In this document: one piece after another, positions 8,950-18,494 of the stretch
Layout: each line of letters begins with the position of its first letter
Numbering within the stretch: the first letter of the stretch is position 1
Assembly (NCBI GenBank): GCA_044375105.1
Contig: JBILNK010000001.1
Coordinates: 2,651-66,650 of the forward strand
Length of the DNA: 64,000 bases
Source: Planctomycetota bacterium
GTDB taxonomy: Bacteria > Planctomycetota > UBA1135 > GCA-002686595
Direction: 5' to 3'
Notes under the pieces: generated by a model
Seen by the model: the letters and a program-made list of their open reading frames with translations, nothing else
Database searches by the model: none
What the model was told of the DNA's origin: nothing
Program-made: the position numbers and the translations under genes

Positions 8950-10944
8950 ATGCGCCCCAACGTCGTTCTTGCCCTGGTCCTCCTGGCCGTGGGCGCCCTG
9001 GTGTTCGCGATGCTCTCCGGCGGCGGCCAGAAGCCGGCCGAACCGGGGGGGGGCGCCCGGATCGAGGTCGAAGGCGACAGCGCGGCAGCCCGTCCGAGCA
9101 GCGAACTGCGCGGCGCCAGCGAGCGAGACCTTCCGAACCCGGAAGCGGCGGTGCGGGAGGCCGCGCCGGTGCTGGAGCGGGCGGCGCTGAACGGCGATCA
9201 GCAGGTGTTCGCCGGCCGTCTGTTCGGGACTGTCTTCGGGCCGAGCGGCGAGCCCGTCGCGAACGCCCTGTTGCAGGTGCGCAAGGGCGCCGGCAACTCC
9301 CCGCTCGCGGCCCTGCAGCTGCTCGCGGCGGGTCCCGTGAATCCGGCCAAGGTGTGGACGACCCGCACCAACGCCCAGGGCGAATACAGCCTGGTCGGCG
9401 CGGAGCCGGGCGACGGCTACATGATCGGCGCGAGCCACCCGGACTATGCGCCCGTGGAGGTCAGCTCCGTGCGCATTCCGGATGTCGGCGAGCTGCGCCG
9501 CGACCTGGTGCTCAACGAGGGCTTCGTGGTGCTCGGCTACGTGCGCGACTTCAACACGGGCCAGCCGATTGCCAAGGCGCGCCTGCGGCTGGTGGACCTG
9601 ATGCTCTCGACCCTGCCGCCCGACGACCCGCGGGTCAGCGCTCGTACGGCCGAGAGCGACGACACCGGCCTGTATCGCTTCGACCACGTGCCCTCGGGCA
9701 TGTTCGCCTTGACGGCCTCCGCGGCCACCTACGGCTCGCTGACCTTCAACGATGTCAATGTGGGCACCCAGCCCACCGTGTCGCGGGACTTCCGCCTGCA
9801 GCCGGGCGTGGCCATGGCCGGGCAAGTGGTCACCCCGGGTCGCCAGGGCATCGGTGGGGCGCGCCTCACGGCGATGTCCGACTCGGGCGTCAATTCCCAG
9901 GCCCGCGCGGTCTCCAAGCCGGACGGCAGCTTCGTGATCGAGGAGCTGACCGAAGGCACCTACTCGCTGATCGTGGAGGCCCCGGGCTGGGGCACCCGGC
10001 GCCTCAACCGGATCGAGGCCGACGCCCAGGACGTGCTGATCGAGATGATCCAGCAGGGCACGGTCGAGGGCCAGGTGATCGATCGGGCCAGCGGCCAGCC
10101 GGTGCCGACGTTCCAGGCCATCGTGCGGGCCGTGATCCCCAACTCGCCCGTGTACGGGCGCCGCGTCGGGGTCCAGGACGTCAAGAACGATCCCCAGGGC
10201 AAGTATTCGGTCGGCGGGCTGGACAGCGGCTCGTACGTGGTCGAGATCCAGGCGGACGGGTACGCGCCGACCTACTCGGCTCCCTTCGAGGTCCCCCAGG
10301 GGCTGGTGGTCTCGGGGATCCAAGTGTTCCTCTCGACCGGCGGCAAGCTGATCGGCGTGGTGGTCAACGGCCAGACCGGCGCCCCCATCGTCGGCGCCGA
10401 GGTGCGCACGTTCGACAACGCCTACATCGATCACCCCCTGGCCGGCCTGCTGGGGGCGGGGGCGCCTCGCACCACCACCGATCGCAGCGCGCGCACCGAC
10501 AAGGAGGGCCGCTTCGAGCTGCCCTACCTGTGGCCGGACGTGTATCAGATCCAGATCACGGCCCCCGGGCTGTTGCGCACGATCCGCAAGGATGTGCGGG
10601 TCCCGGACAGCTCCACCCCCACCGACCTGGGCGTGATCCGCTTGGATCTGGGATCGAGCCTCAAGGGACGGGTCACCGACGGGGCCGGTCGCCCCTTGCC
10701 GGGTGCGACGGTCGGCCTGACCGCCACCTCCGAATCGATCGGCTTCTACAACACGATCACCAACGAATCGGGGGCCTACGAATTCCGCAACGTCAAGCCC
10801 GGCGGCTACCGGCTGCACGCCACCCGCCCGGTGGAGGCGGCCAACCCCTTCGCCTCGATCGCCGACATGACCACCAGCCAGGTCAATGTGACGCTCTACG
10901 AGGGGCAGGAAATCTCGCAGGACCTGCGGATCGCCTCCGATTGA
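8950..10944 (+). CDS. membrane-anchored protein with seven carboxypeptidase-regulatory-like (CarboxypepD_reg) repeats
   Basis: N-terminal anchor VVLALVLLAVGALVFAML. Seven ~85-aa units of the type GRVTDGAGRPLPGATVGL...TNESGAYEFRNVKPGGYRL (others: GQVIDRASGQPVP...DPQGKYSVGGLDSGSYVV; GVVVNGQTGAPIVGAEV...DKEGRFELPYLWPDVYQI). Confidence 0.8.
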   Translation: MRPNVVLALVLLAVGALVFAMLSGGGQKPAEPGGGARIEVEGDSAAARPSSELRGASERDLPNPEAAVREAAPVLERAALNGDQQVFAGRLFGTVFGPSGEPVANALLQVRKGAGNSPLAALQLLAAGPVNPAKVWTTRTNAQGEYSLVGAEPGDGYMIGASHPDYAPVEVSSVRIPDVGELRRDLVLNEGFVVLGYVRDFNTGQPIAKARLRLVDLMLSTLPPDDPRVSARTAESDDTGLYRFDHVPSGMFALTASAATYGSLTFNDVNVGTQPTVSRDFRLQPGVAMAGQVVTPGRQGIGGARLTAMSDSGVNSQARAVSKPDGSFVIEELTEGTYSLIVEAPGWGTRRLNRIEADAQDVLIEMIQQGTVEGQVIDRASGQPVPTFQAIVRAVIPNSPVYGRRVGVQDVKNDPQGKYSVGGLDSGSYVVEIQADGYAPTYSAPFEVPQGLVVSGIQVFLSTGGKLIGVVVNGQTGAPIVGAEVRTFDNAYIDHPLAGLLGAGAPRTTTDRSARTDKEGRFELPYLWPDVYQIQITAPGLLRTIRKDVRVPDSSTPTDLGVIRLDLGSSLKGRVTDGAGRPLPGATVGLTATSESIGFYNTITNESGAYEFRNVKPGGYRLHATRPVEAANPFASIADMTTSQVNVTLYEGQEISQDLRIASD

Positions 10945-11091
10945 GGCGCGGCTCTGGGCCGGTTGCGGAGCCGTGCGGATGAACTCGCCCCGATCGTTGC
11001 GGGGCCCGGAGCGAGCCGGGCCCGATCGGAGCGGGCGCTGCCCGCTCCGATCGGGCCCGGGCAGCCGCACGAAGCGGCGGGACGGCGCTCC

Positions 11092-12513
11092 ATGCGCTCG
11101 CCGCTGAACGGCAGGACGGCCGTCGCGCTCGGCCTGCTGGCGGCGGGCCTGTGGGCGCTGTGGGCGGTCGCGGGCGCGGATCGGCGCAGCCCTGGGCCGG
11201 ATCCGAGCGAGGCCCAGCTCGCGGCCGCGCCGCCCCGCGGTCCCGCAGAGCTCGGCCGCGGCCCGGCGGACGCGGCGCTGGCGCTGCCCGAGGCCAGCGC
11301 GCCAGCGCTGCCGGCCAGCGTGGATCTGCCCCGCGCGCCGACCCGCGTCGCCAGTCTGGCGGGCGCGCTGCCGCCCGAGGCTGCCCTGCAGGTCAAGACG
11401 ATCCAGGCCTGGGGGGCCGAGGGCCCCCTCGCGGCAGAACTCAGCGGACCGGGAGGCCGCTTCCTGCTGGAGGTGCCACGGCAAGAGCTGTCCGGGGAAC
11501 TCGAGCTGCGATTCGAGGACGGCTGGTCCGCCTGGCTGGGCCCGTTCGAGCTCGGCGCGGGCTGCCGCCACGAGGTCTCCCTCGCCGGCCTGCCCACCCG
11601 GCTCGCGCCGCGCAGCGGTCGGCTCGAGCCGCCGGGCCCCACGGAGCTCGAGCTGGAGGAACGGCACGGTTCCCTGTGGCTGACCCAGCGGGTCGCGGTC
11701 GATGGGGACGGCGCGTTCCGCTTCCTGGCGGCCCGCTCGGGGCCCTTCTGGGCGCGGGCCGAGGGAGGCCAGCGGTTCCTGGCGGCCGGCCGGCCGGGCC
11801 TGGCGGCGGAGGATCCCCTGCCCTTCCGCCCGCCGCCGATCGAGGAGTACGGCAGCCCGCTGCCGGCCCTGCGCCAGCGGGCCTGGGAGTGGCCGGAGCC
11901 TGCGACCGCGCCGGCGACCGGAGAGCCGGCGGAGCCGGGCAGCGCCACCGTCGGGCTGCACCTGGTCGATGGCCGCGGACGGGGGCTGGCCGGGGTGACC
12001 GTCGAGCTCGAGCTGGAAACCCGGCTGCGATCGGCGGCGGACCCGGCCCGCCCGGCGCTGCCCGTGGTGCTCGAGTTCCAAGCCCTGAGCAAGGAACAGG
12101 GGCGCTGCGAATTCCGGGGGCTGCCCGGGGGCCGCGCGCGGCTGGCGGCGCCGCAGGACGCGCCCTGGTTGTCCCTGGAGCCGCGCGACTTCGAGCTCGC
12201 CGACGGCCAGGCCCTGGAGCTGGGCCCGATCGCACTCGCCGGCCTCTCCAACGTGACCGGCACCTGCCAGGACGCCTTCGGACGCCCGCTGCTGGGGGCC
12301 CGCCTGCGCTTCATCCAGCCTGCGCTGGCCCAGGCGATCGAGGCCGCCAGCGATGAGCAGGGCCGCTTCCGGTTCGAACGGCTGCCGGCGGGAGCGGGCG
12401 AGCTGCTGCTGCTGCCCCCGGCGGGCTTTCCGGGCCTCGGTCGCCCGCGGCGATTGGCGCTCGAAGCGCCGGCGGACGGGACGGTGGAGCTCGAGATCTC
12501 CCTGGCGCCTTGA
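11092..12513 (+). CDS. membrane-anchored hypothetical protein with CarboxypepD_reg-like units
   Basis: ORF 10963..12513 trimmed to Met44 (MRSPLNGRTAVALGLLAAGLWALWAV). Units VGLHLVDGRGRGLAGVTVEL and GTCQDAFGRPLLGARLRF...DEQGRFRFERLPAGAGELLL. Confidence 0.65.
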   Translation: MRSPLNGRTAVALGLLAAGLWALWAVAGADRRSPGPDPSEAQLAAAPPRGPAELGRGPADAALALPEASAPALPASVDLPRAPTRVASLAGALPPEAALQVKTIQAWGAEGPLAAELSGPGGRFLLEVPRQELSGELELRFEDGWSAWLGPFELGAGCRHEVSLAGLPTRLAPRSGRLEPPGPTELELEERHGSLWLTQRVAVDGDGAFRFLAARSGPFWARAEGGQRFLAAGRPGLAAEDPLPFRPPPIEEYGSPLPALRQRAWEWPEPATAPATGEPAEPGSATVGLHLVDGRGRGLAGVTVELELETRLRSAADPARPALPVVLEFQALSKEQGRCEFRGLPGGRARLAAPQDAPWLSLEPRDFELADGQALELGPIALAGLSNVTGTCQDAFGRPLLGARLRFIQPALAQAIEAASDEQGRFRFERLPAGAGELLLLPPAGFPGLGRPRRLALEAPADGTVELEISLAP

Positions 12514-12583
12514 CGGCCTGCGCGCCGTGGATTTGCGCCCCGCTGCCGATTCCGCGGGCGGCTTCTCGCCCCAGCGATCCGGA

Positions 12584-12625
12584 GGGCCGTCGCTGCTCGG
12601 GCCGAAACCCGGGCCGCGACGGCCC
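12584..12625. terminator. long GC-rich stem-loop between convergent genes (possible bidirectional terminator, no U-tract)
   Basis: Perfect 10-nt arms GGGCCGTCGC (12584-12593) and GCGACGGCCC (12616-12625), with a further inner stem CGGG/CCCG around a CCGAAA loop. It lies between the stop at 12513 (+) and the stop at 12633 (-). Confidence 0.35.
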
Positions 12626-12632
12626 GCGAGCC

Positions 12633-14198
12633 TCAGCGCTGCACGGTTTCGGCGCTCAGATCGCCGACGACCGTCCCACCGAGCGGATCTGCTGGAGCGC
12701 CGATCAGCAGCACGCGGTCGCCCCCCTCGATGGCGATCGACTGCAGGCCGGGCCGGATCCTGGGCAGGCTGCCGGGCTGGGTCCAGGAAGCGATCGAGAG
12801 CGGCGCGAACTCGAGCCCTTGGGCCGGGCTGCCGGAGAGGCTGATCACGTCCACGCTGGCCAGGCCCCCGACGCACAGCACCTGCCCGCCCTCGAGCTCG
12901 TGCAGGCTGTGGAAGGCCCGCGGTTGCAGCAGATTGCCCGCCGCGCTCCAGGAGTTGCTGCCCGGATTGAACACGAACACGCTGGACAGCGAGAAGAAGG
13001 TCTGCGTGAGCAGGTTGCCGTCGGCGCCGCCGGCCACCACCACACGGCCGTCGCTGAGCGTCAGCTGGGCGTGTAGCGTGCGATTGCCGCTGAAATCCGG
13101 CAGATCCTGGATGGTGTTGTTGCTGGGCTGGTAGGCGCGGCAGTCCCGCGAGAAGCTGGGCAGGGGGATGCCGAACAGGGAGGCCACCTCGAGGCCGCCG
13201 CTCAGCAGCACGCGGCCGTCGGCCAAGCGGCTGGCGGCGTGCCCGGCGCGCGGCAGCGGCAGGTTCGGGGCGCTGCTCCAGGTGCCCAGTGCGGGGCTGT
13301 AGCGCTGGGTGTTGTTGGTGATCGAGTTGATCGACGCGATCGGGTCGGCGCCGTTGATGGCGGTGATGCCGCCGGCCACGAACACGCGCCCGTCGGCCAG
13401 CAGCGTGGCCGTGTGGCCGACGCGCGGCACGGCCATCGGCGCGATCGCCACCAGGCTGTCGCTGAGCGGGTCGTACAGGTCGCCGGTGTTGCGCGCGGCG
13501 CCCAGGTCGTCGCTGCCCCCCAGGAACAGCACGCGCCCATCGGCCAGGCGCGTGGCGGTGTGGGCCGAGCGCGGGTGGCTCAGGGTCGCGGCGCTGAGGG
13601 TGAAGCTCTGGTCGTTGGGCCGGAACAGGATCAGCTTGTCGCCCGGCAGCGCGGCCCCGCTGACGTCGTCGACCGACCCGCCGGCGATCAGCACACGGCC
13701 GTCGGCCAGCAGGGTCAGGCTGTGACCCGCGCCGACCTGCAAGGGCAGGTCCCCGAGCACCTCGGTGACCGTCTTCGAGGCGCCCAAGGCGAAGGCGTTG
13801 GGCGCGCTCAGGTCATCGACCAGGGTCGGCGCGCCGGGCAGCGTGAAGGCCTGCGCATAGAGCCCAAGGCCCTGCAAGTTCGGGTTTCCGGGCAGCGGGT
13901 AGGTGACCGAGCCCTGGCCGGTGGCGTCCAGACCGCCGAAGACCGCCAGGGAGAGCAGGTCGAGCCCGACCGCCAGGAGTCGCGGATCGGAAGGATCGAT
14001 CAGGGCCAGGGGCGTGGGGCCGGCGCTGAAGGAGGGCAGCAGCCCGAACAGCTCGAAGGGCTGGCCGTTCAGGCGGTAGGTGACCGATTGGCCGAGCAGG
14101 CCGTTGTCGCGGGAGATGCCCAGTTGGGCGGCGGCCGGCTGGGCCGCGGCGCACAGGCCGAGCAGCAGGAGAGGCGTGGAGAGGAGTCGCATGGGCAT
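12633..14198 (-). CDS. secreted Kelch-repeat beta-propeller protein
   Basis: ORF 12633..15281 trimmed to MPMRLLSTPLLLLGLCAAAQPAAA (ATG at 14196-14198, frame checked). Repeats HSLTLLADGRVLIAGG, HTATRLADGRVLFLGG, HTATLLADGRVFVAGG, HAASRLADGRVLLSGG, HAQLTLSDGRVVVAGG, and HSLHELEGGQVLCVGG. Confidence 0.85.
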   Translation of the reverse strand: MPMRLLSTPLLLLGLCAAAQPAAAQLGISRDNGLLGQSVTYRLNGQPFELFGLLPSFSAGPTPLALIDPSDPRLLAVGLDLLSLAVFGGLDATGQGSVTYPLPGNPNLQGLGLYAQAFTLPGAPTLVDDLSAPNAFALGASKTVTEVLGDLPLQVGAGHSLTLLADGRVLIAGGSVDDVSGAALPGDKLILFRPNDQSFTLSAATLSHPRSAHTATRLADGRVLFLGGSDDLGAARNTGDLYDPLSDSLVAIAPMAVPRVGHTATLLADGRVFVAGGITAINGADPIASINSITNNTQRYSPALGTWSSAPNLPLPRAGHAASRLADGRVLLSGGLEVASLFGIPLPSFSRDCRAYQPSNNTIQDLPDFSGNRTLHAQLTLSDGRVVVAGGADGNLLTQTFFSLSSVFVFNPGSNSWSAAGNLLQPRAFHSLHELEGGQVLCVGGLASVDVISLSGSPAQGLEFAPLSIASWTQPGSLPRIRPGLQSIAIEGGDRVLLIGAPADPLGGTVVGDLSAETVQR

Positions 14199-14266
14199 CG
14201 GGGGGTCGGGAACGCGGAGCGCGCTGCCTGGGCAGGGCAGCCTTCTAGAAGCTAGCCTGCCCCGCC

Positions 14267-15193
14267 ATGTCCGCCCGTCCGAGCCGCGGCCGAGGAGCGC
14301 CGGTCGAAGTCCAGGCCGGTCCCCTCTTCGCCTGGGCCGCCCGGGCCGCGCCGGGGGCCCCCGAGGGTCCGGCCCGGGGAGCGGCCCAGCCCCCCGCCGA
14401 ACCGGCGCGCAGCGTGCGCGGCGCCGCGCTGCCACCCCCGGGCGGGGCGCCCCCGGAGCTGGCCGAACGGCTCGCGCAGCGCTTCGCCGCCCGCCTCGGG
14501 CACCCGCTCGAGCTCTCCTGGAGCCGCGCCTTCCGCGAGCCGGTCCGGCTGGAGATCCAGCGCGGTGCCTTCGGAAAACGCGCGCGCCTGCGCCTGCATC
14601 GCGGGCTGCCGCTGGCGGAGGAGCGCTTCCTGCTGGCGCTCGAGGACTGGCTGCTGCACGGCCGCCGAGCCCGGGCCGCCGCGGCCTATCTGGATCGGGC
14701 CATCGGGGACCTGAGCCAGAGCGCACCGCTCGCCGCGCCGCGGCTGGCCCTCGAGCCCAAGGGCCGCCACCACGATCTGTCCGCGCTGCTGGCGGAGCTG
14801 CTGCGCGCGCCCAGGCTCGCGCCCCTGGAGCGCCTCGAGCGCATCCCGGCGGTGGGCTGGGGCCGCTTCGCCCACGTGGCGCCCAAGCGCGGTCTGTGGC
14901 TCGGCAGCTACGACGCGCGGCGCCATGCGGTGCGCATCCACCCGGCCCTGGATGCGGCCGACGTGCCGGCCTTCTTCCTGAGCTCGATCCTGTTCCACGA
15001 GCTGCTGCATGCCGTGTTGCCCGCGGAGCGCGGCCCGGGCGGCAGGCGCGAGGTCCACGGCCCCCAATTCCGGGCCTTCGAGGCGCGCTTCCCCGAACAC
15101 CAGCAGGCCCTCGAGTTCCAGCGCCGGAGCCTGCCGCGGCTGCTGGCGGCCGCCCGCGCTGGGACCCGCCAAGCCCGCCGTCCGCGGGTCTGA
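14267..15193 (+). CDS. putative zinc metallopeptidase (SprT/DUF45-like, HExxH)
   Basis: C-terminal block VGWGRFAHV...RHAVRIHPAL...FLSSILFHELLHAVL...HGPQFRAFEARFP resembles SprT/YgjP-type metal-dependent hydrolases. The N-terminal 60 aa are low complexity, so the start is uncertain. Confidence 0.6.
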   Translation: MSARPSRGRGAPVEVQAGPLFAWAARAAPGAPEGPARGAAQPPAEPARSVRGAALPPPGGAPPELAERLAQRFAARLGHPLELSWSRAFREPVRLEIQRGAFGKRARLRLHRGLPLAEERFLLALEDWLLHGRRARAAAAYLDRAIGDLSQSAPLAAPRLALEPKGRHHDLSALLAELLRAPRLAPLERLERIPAVGWGRFAHVAPKRGLWLGSYDARRHAVRIHPALDAADVPAFFLSSILFHELLHAVLPAERGPGGRREVHGPQFRAFEARFPEHQQALEFQRRSLPRLLAAARAGTRQARRPRV

Positions 15194-15341
15194 CCGAAGG
15201 CCGAGCGAGAGCGGAGCCCGGCGGCCGCCCTGGCTTCCCTCGGGCAGCGAACCGGCGAACTCCAGGTGCCTTCCAGCCCATCGCGCCGGCAGCAGCCTCC
15301 GCACGGGGCTCGTACGCGGGGTGCTCGCCGGAGCGCCGCGC

Positions 15342-16070
15342 TCAGGCCGGCGCGCCCGGACGGGTATGGGCTCCGAGCAGGCAGACGCCCAGCAGGTTGC
15401 CGCCCATGGATTCGAGCTGCTGGCTGGTCTCCTCCACCAGGCCCTTGGGCGTGCTGCCGAGCCGCACGGCCAACAAGATGCCGTCCGAAGCGGCGCCGAT
15501 CAGGTGCGGCTCGGTCAGCAGGTGCGCCGGGGGCGCGTCGATGACCACGTAGTCGTAGCGCTGCTTGAGTCCGTGGAAGAGCGCCTTGAGCCGGTCGATA
15601 CGGATGATCTTGGTGGGATTCTCGGGCGGTTGCCCGGCGCCGATGATGTCGAGCCCGGGCTCGCTGGTGCGGCGGATGGCGCGGTCCAGCGCCAGGCGGC
15701 CTTCCAGCAGCTCGCTGAAGCCCTGACGGCGCGGCAAGCCCAGATAGGCCTCGAGGCTCGGGTTGCGCAGGTCGGCGTCCACCAGCACGATGCGCGAGTG
15801 GGGCCGCTCGCAGAAGGCCAGCGCCAGGTTGAGCGCGGCCACGGTCTTGCCCTCGCCTTGCAGCGCGCTGGTGATCATCACCGTGCGCGGCGCCCCGTCC
15901 GGATTGAGCGCCTCGATCGAACTCCACAGGCGCCGGAACTGCTCCGCCACGGGCGAGGCCGGGGCGCTGCGCAGCACCAGCTCCTCGCGCTCGATGGGCA
16001 CGTCCAAGCCCTCGTCCGGCTCGGCGGGCCTGAGCGGCGGCGGCGGGGTCGATCTGCGGAACAAGCCCAT
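15342..16070 (-). CDS. BY-kinase-type P-loop ATPase (CpsD/CapB/Wzc catalytic-domain-like), no C-terminal Tyr cluster
   Basis: ORF 15342..16373 trimmed to Met102 (MGLFRRS, CAT 16068-16070). PVAEQFRRLWSSIE block, Walker A SALQGEGKT, Walker A-prime IVLVDADLRNP, Walker B YDYVVIDAPP. The C-terminus ...GVCLLGAHTRPGAPA has no tyrosine. Confidence 0.8.
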   Translation of the reverse strand: MGLFRRSTPPPPLRPAEPDEGLDVPIEREELVLRSAPASPVAEQFRRLWSSIEALNPDGAPRTVMITSALQGEGKTVAALNLALAFCERPHSRIVLVDADLRNPSLEAYLGLPRRQGFSELLEGRLALDRAIRRTSEPGLDIIGAGQPPENPTKIIRIDRLKALFHGLKQRYDYVVIDAPPAHLLTEPHLIGAASDGILLAVRLGSTPKGLVEETSQQLESMGGNLLGVCLLGAHTRPGAPA

Positions 16071-16212
16071 CGGAAGCGCGGAGTCTAGCAGCCCCCCGGA
16101 GCGGGCCCGCAGCAGGACGCAGCGCAGGGGTCCGCGGCCGGGGAACAGGGCGCGCCCTGCACCTGCCGCCGCGGCTCGTTCAAGTCCGCGGCGCGCGCTG
16201 CGCCGGGGCCGC

Positions 16213-18363
16213 TCAGGGGACGTCCGCGCTCCAGTCCTCGGCCAGCAGCGAGCGGGCCGCCAGGCCGGGGGGCGGAGGCCAGGCACGCGAGAGCAGCGAG
16301 CGGGACAGCTCGTGGTCGCTGCGTCGCCGGCAGGCCGCCACGATCGCCTGTTGGAAGCGCAGCGCCTCCGCATCGAGTCCGCGCCGCCTCAGGCCCTCGA
16401 TCCCCTGCCCGCAGGCTGTGTACAGGATCGCGGGGCGGGCCGCGGCCGGTTCCGCCGGCTCGAGGCAGCGCCGCAGCTCCGCCAGCAGCCGCTCCCTGGA
16501 CGGTGCGCCCTCCGCGCACCCGGCCAAACTGGCCAGGGCCTCCCAGTCGGGTTCCGCGGAAGCCAACACGGCCGTCTGCAGGCGCGTGCGTCTGGCACCG
16601 TCGCCGAGCCCGAGCCGGACCACGAAACGGTCGATGCGCGGGAACAGCTCGAGCGGCGCGGCGTCCTCCAAGGCCGAGACCAGGGCTTCGAGCTCGGCCA
16701 GCCGTCCATCGGCGGCCCAGTCCTCGAAGGCCTCCGCCAGGGCCTCGAGGGACGGCGTCGCCTCGGCGGCCGCCAAGGCCCGCGCGAGCCGAGCGGCGCT
16801 CTGGGCCGGCTCGCCCCGGGAGGCCAGCCAGCGCAGCGAGAGCCCCTCGGCGCGGGCCCGCAACACCTCCGGCAGAGTCGCCAGGCCCGGATCGGCCCCG
16901 GGGCCGATCCAGATCCAATCGGCGGGGCCGCCCAGGGCGCCCGCCGCTTCGCCCGCGCGGCCCAGGCGGCGCAGCTCCTCGCCGCGCAGCAGCAGCGGCA
17001 GCAGCGCCCGCGGATCGCCGCAGGGGCCCAGCCGGAAACCCGGGCTGGCCCCGGCCGCCGCGCTCAGCAGCGCCTGCCGGCGCAGGCCCGACCCGGCCGC
17101 GCCGGGGGCCGCGCTCCAACCGCCGACGAGGCGCGCATCGAGCTCGGCGCTGCCGCCGCCCAAGAAGCCCGCCAAGCGCAGCAAGAAGCGCTGCTGCCGC
17201 TCCCCCTGCCCTTGGCGCGCGAGCACCAAGGCGCCCAGGTCCGCGCCGCCGGGCCCTCGCCGCGGGAAACGCTCCACGGCCGCGGCCAACTCGCTGGCCA
17301 GGGGCGCCGGCGCGCCGCCCGCCAGCTCGTCCAGGGCCCGGCTCAGCAGGGCCTCGAAGCGGCCGGGATCGAGCAGCCCCGGATGCACGCGGCCTTCGGC
17401 AGCGGCGGCCAGGACCCCGCTCAGGGCCCCCCGGTGGCCCTGCTCGAAAGCCAGGATGGCGCACAGTTCGAGCGCTTCGCCGGAGCCGCTCAGGCACAGG
17501 GCGCGGGCCGCAGCCGCCCCCTGGTCGGGGCCGGCCAGCGCCAGGCTGCGGTGCCAGCCGATCCACAGCTCGCGGGTGGTCGCGCCCACCGGCTGGCCCT
17601 CCAAGGCGAGGCACAGGAACAGGGGCCGCGGCGGATCTCCGGGGGCGTCGCCGGCGGAGAAGGCCAGCACCAGCTCGAGGCCCGCCTGGCGCGCGATCTC
17701 GAAGGCCAGCTGATCGAAGGAGCCGCGCAGGGTCAGGGGCGGCGCGGGGAAGCGCCGCGCCGATTCGGCCAGCCCCGGGTCGATCAGCAGCGGCAGCGGG
17801 CCTGGATCCGCCAGGGACAGGCGCTCCGCATTGAGGCGCGGGTCCTCGCCCAGGCTCAGTTCGAACCAGGTCAGGGGCTCGTCCCGCAGGCGCTCGACCA
17901 GGGCTTCGGGCAGATCGTCGCCGCGCAGGAAAGGCAGATCGGCGCCGGGCGCGAAGCGCTCGAAGCGGGCGGCCAAGGCGCGCTCGGCGCTGCGGCGCAC
18001 GTCGCTGCGCCCATCGGCCAGCAGCCGCAGCAGCAGCTCCGGGGCGGCCGTGGAATCGCCCAGGGCGCGCTCGAGGCGCAGCCGGCGCTCCGCGTCCGCA
18101 TCCGCCAGGGCCCCGGACAGCGCCGCCGCGAGGGACAGGTCGAGGTCAGCGGCCAGGCGCTCGATCGCCGGCTGTCGCTCCTGGGCCGGCGCCGTCAGCA
18201 GGGCCTGCAGGGCGGCAAAGGCTCGGCGCTCGACCTCGCGGTCCAAAGGCGGGGTCGCCTGGGCCGGCGGGCCCTGGGCGAAGGGCGGCGCGGACCAAAG
18301 CAGCAGGGCCCCGGCGAGGGCCCGGGCGGCAGAGCGCGGGGCGTTTCGGTGGGGGGCCTTCAT
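16213..18363 (-). CDS. secreted Ala/Leu-rich helical protein with HEAT-like units
   Basis: ORF 16213..18477 trimmed to Met39 (MKAPHRNAPRSAARALAGALLLWSAPPFAQG signal-like). HEAT-like unit LLLRLLADGRSDVRRSAERALAARF. No enzymatic motif seen. Confidence 0.65.
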   Translation of the reverse strand: MKAPHRNAPRSAARALAGALLLWSAPPFAQGPPAQATPPLDREVERRAFAALQALLTAPAQERQPAIERLAADLDLSLAAALSGALADADAERRLRLERALGDSTAAPELLLRLLADGRSDVRRSAERALAARFERFAPGADLPFLRGDDLPEALVERLRDEPLTWFELSLGEDPRLNAERLSLADPGPLPLLIDPGLAESARRFPAPPLTLRGSFDQLAFEIARQAGLELVLAFSAGDAPGDPPRPLFLCLALEGQPVGATTRELWIGWHRSLALAGPDQGAAAARALCLSGSGEALELCAILAFEQGHRGALSGVLAAAAEGRVHPGLLDPGRFEALLSRALDELAGGAPAPLASELAAAVERFPRRGPGGADLGALVLARQGQGERQQRFLLRLAGFLGGGSAELDARLVGGWSAAPGAAGSGLRRQALLSAAAGASPGFRLGPCGDPRALLPLLLRGEELRRLGRAGEAAGALGGPADWIWIGPGADPGLATLPEVLRARAEGLSLRWLASRGEPAQSAARLARALAAAEATPSLEALAEAFEDWAADGRLAELEALVSALEDAAPLELFPRIDRFVVRLGLGDGARRTRLQTAVLASAEPDWEALASLAGCAEGAPSRERLLAELRRCLEPAEPAAARPAILYTACGQGIEGLRRRGLDAEALRFQQAIVAACRRRSDHELSRSLLSRAWPPPPGLAARSLLAEDWSADVP

Positions 18364-18494
18364 CGGGCCAGAGAGCTTAGGCGGCGCGAGCGCGCCGCGC
18401 CCCTCCGCCCGGCCGGGGATTTCGACCCCGCTCAGGACGGCGCGAGCGCGATCGCCGCCCTTGCCGCAGACTGCCATCGAGCCCCGCGCCCCCC

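Noticed and set aside
8497-12876. 1459-aa minus-strand ORF, the longest in the track
   Set aside because: It is antisense to two plus-strand genes with clear CarboxypepD_reg repeats. Its own product is Arg/Gly/Pro/Ala/Gln-rich with no motif. Long stop-free antisense frames are expected at this GC content.
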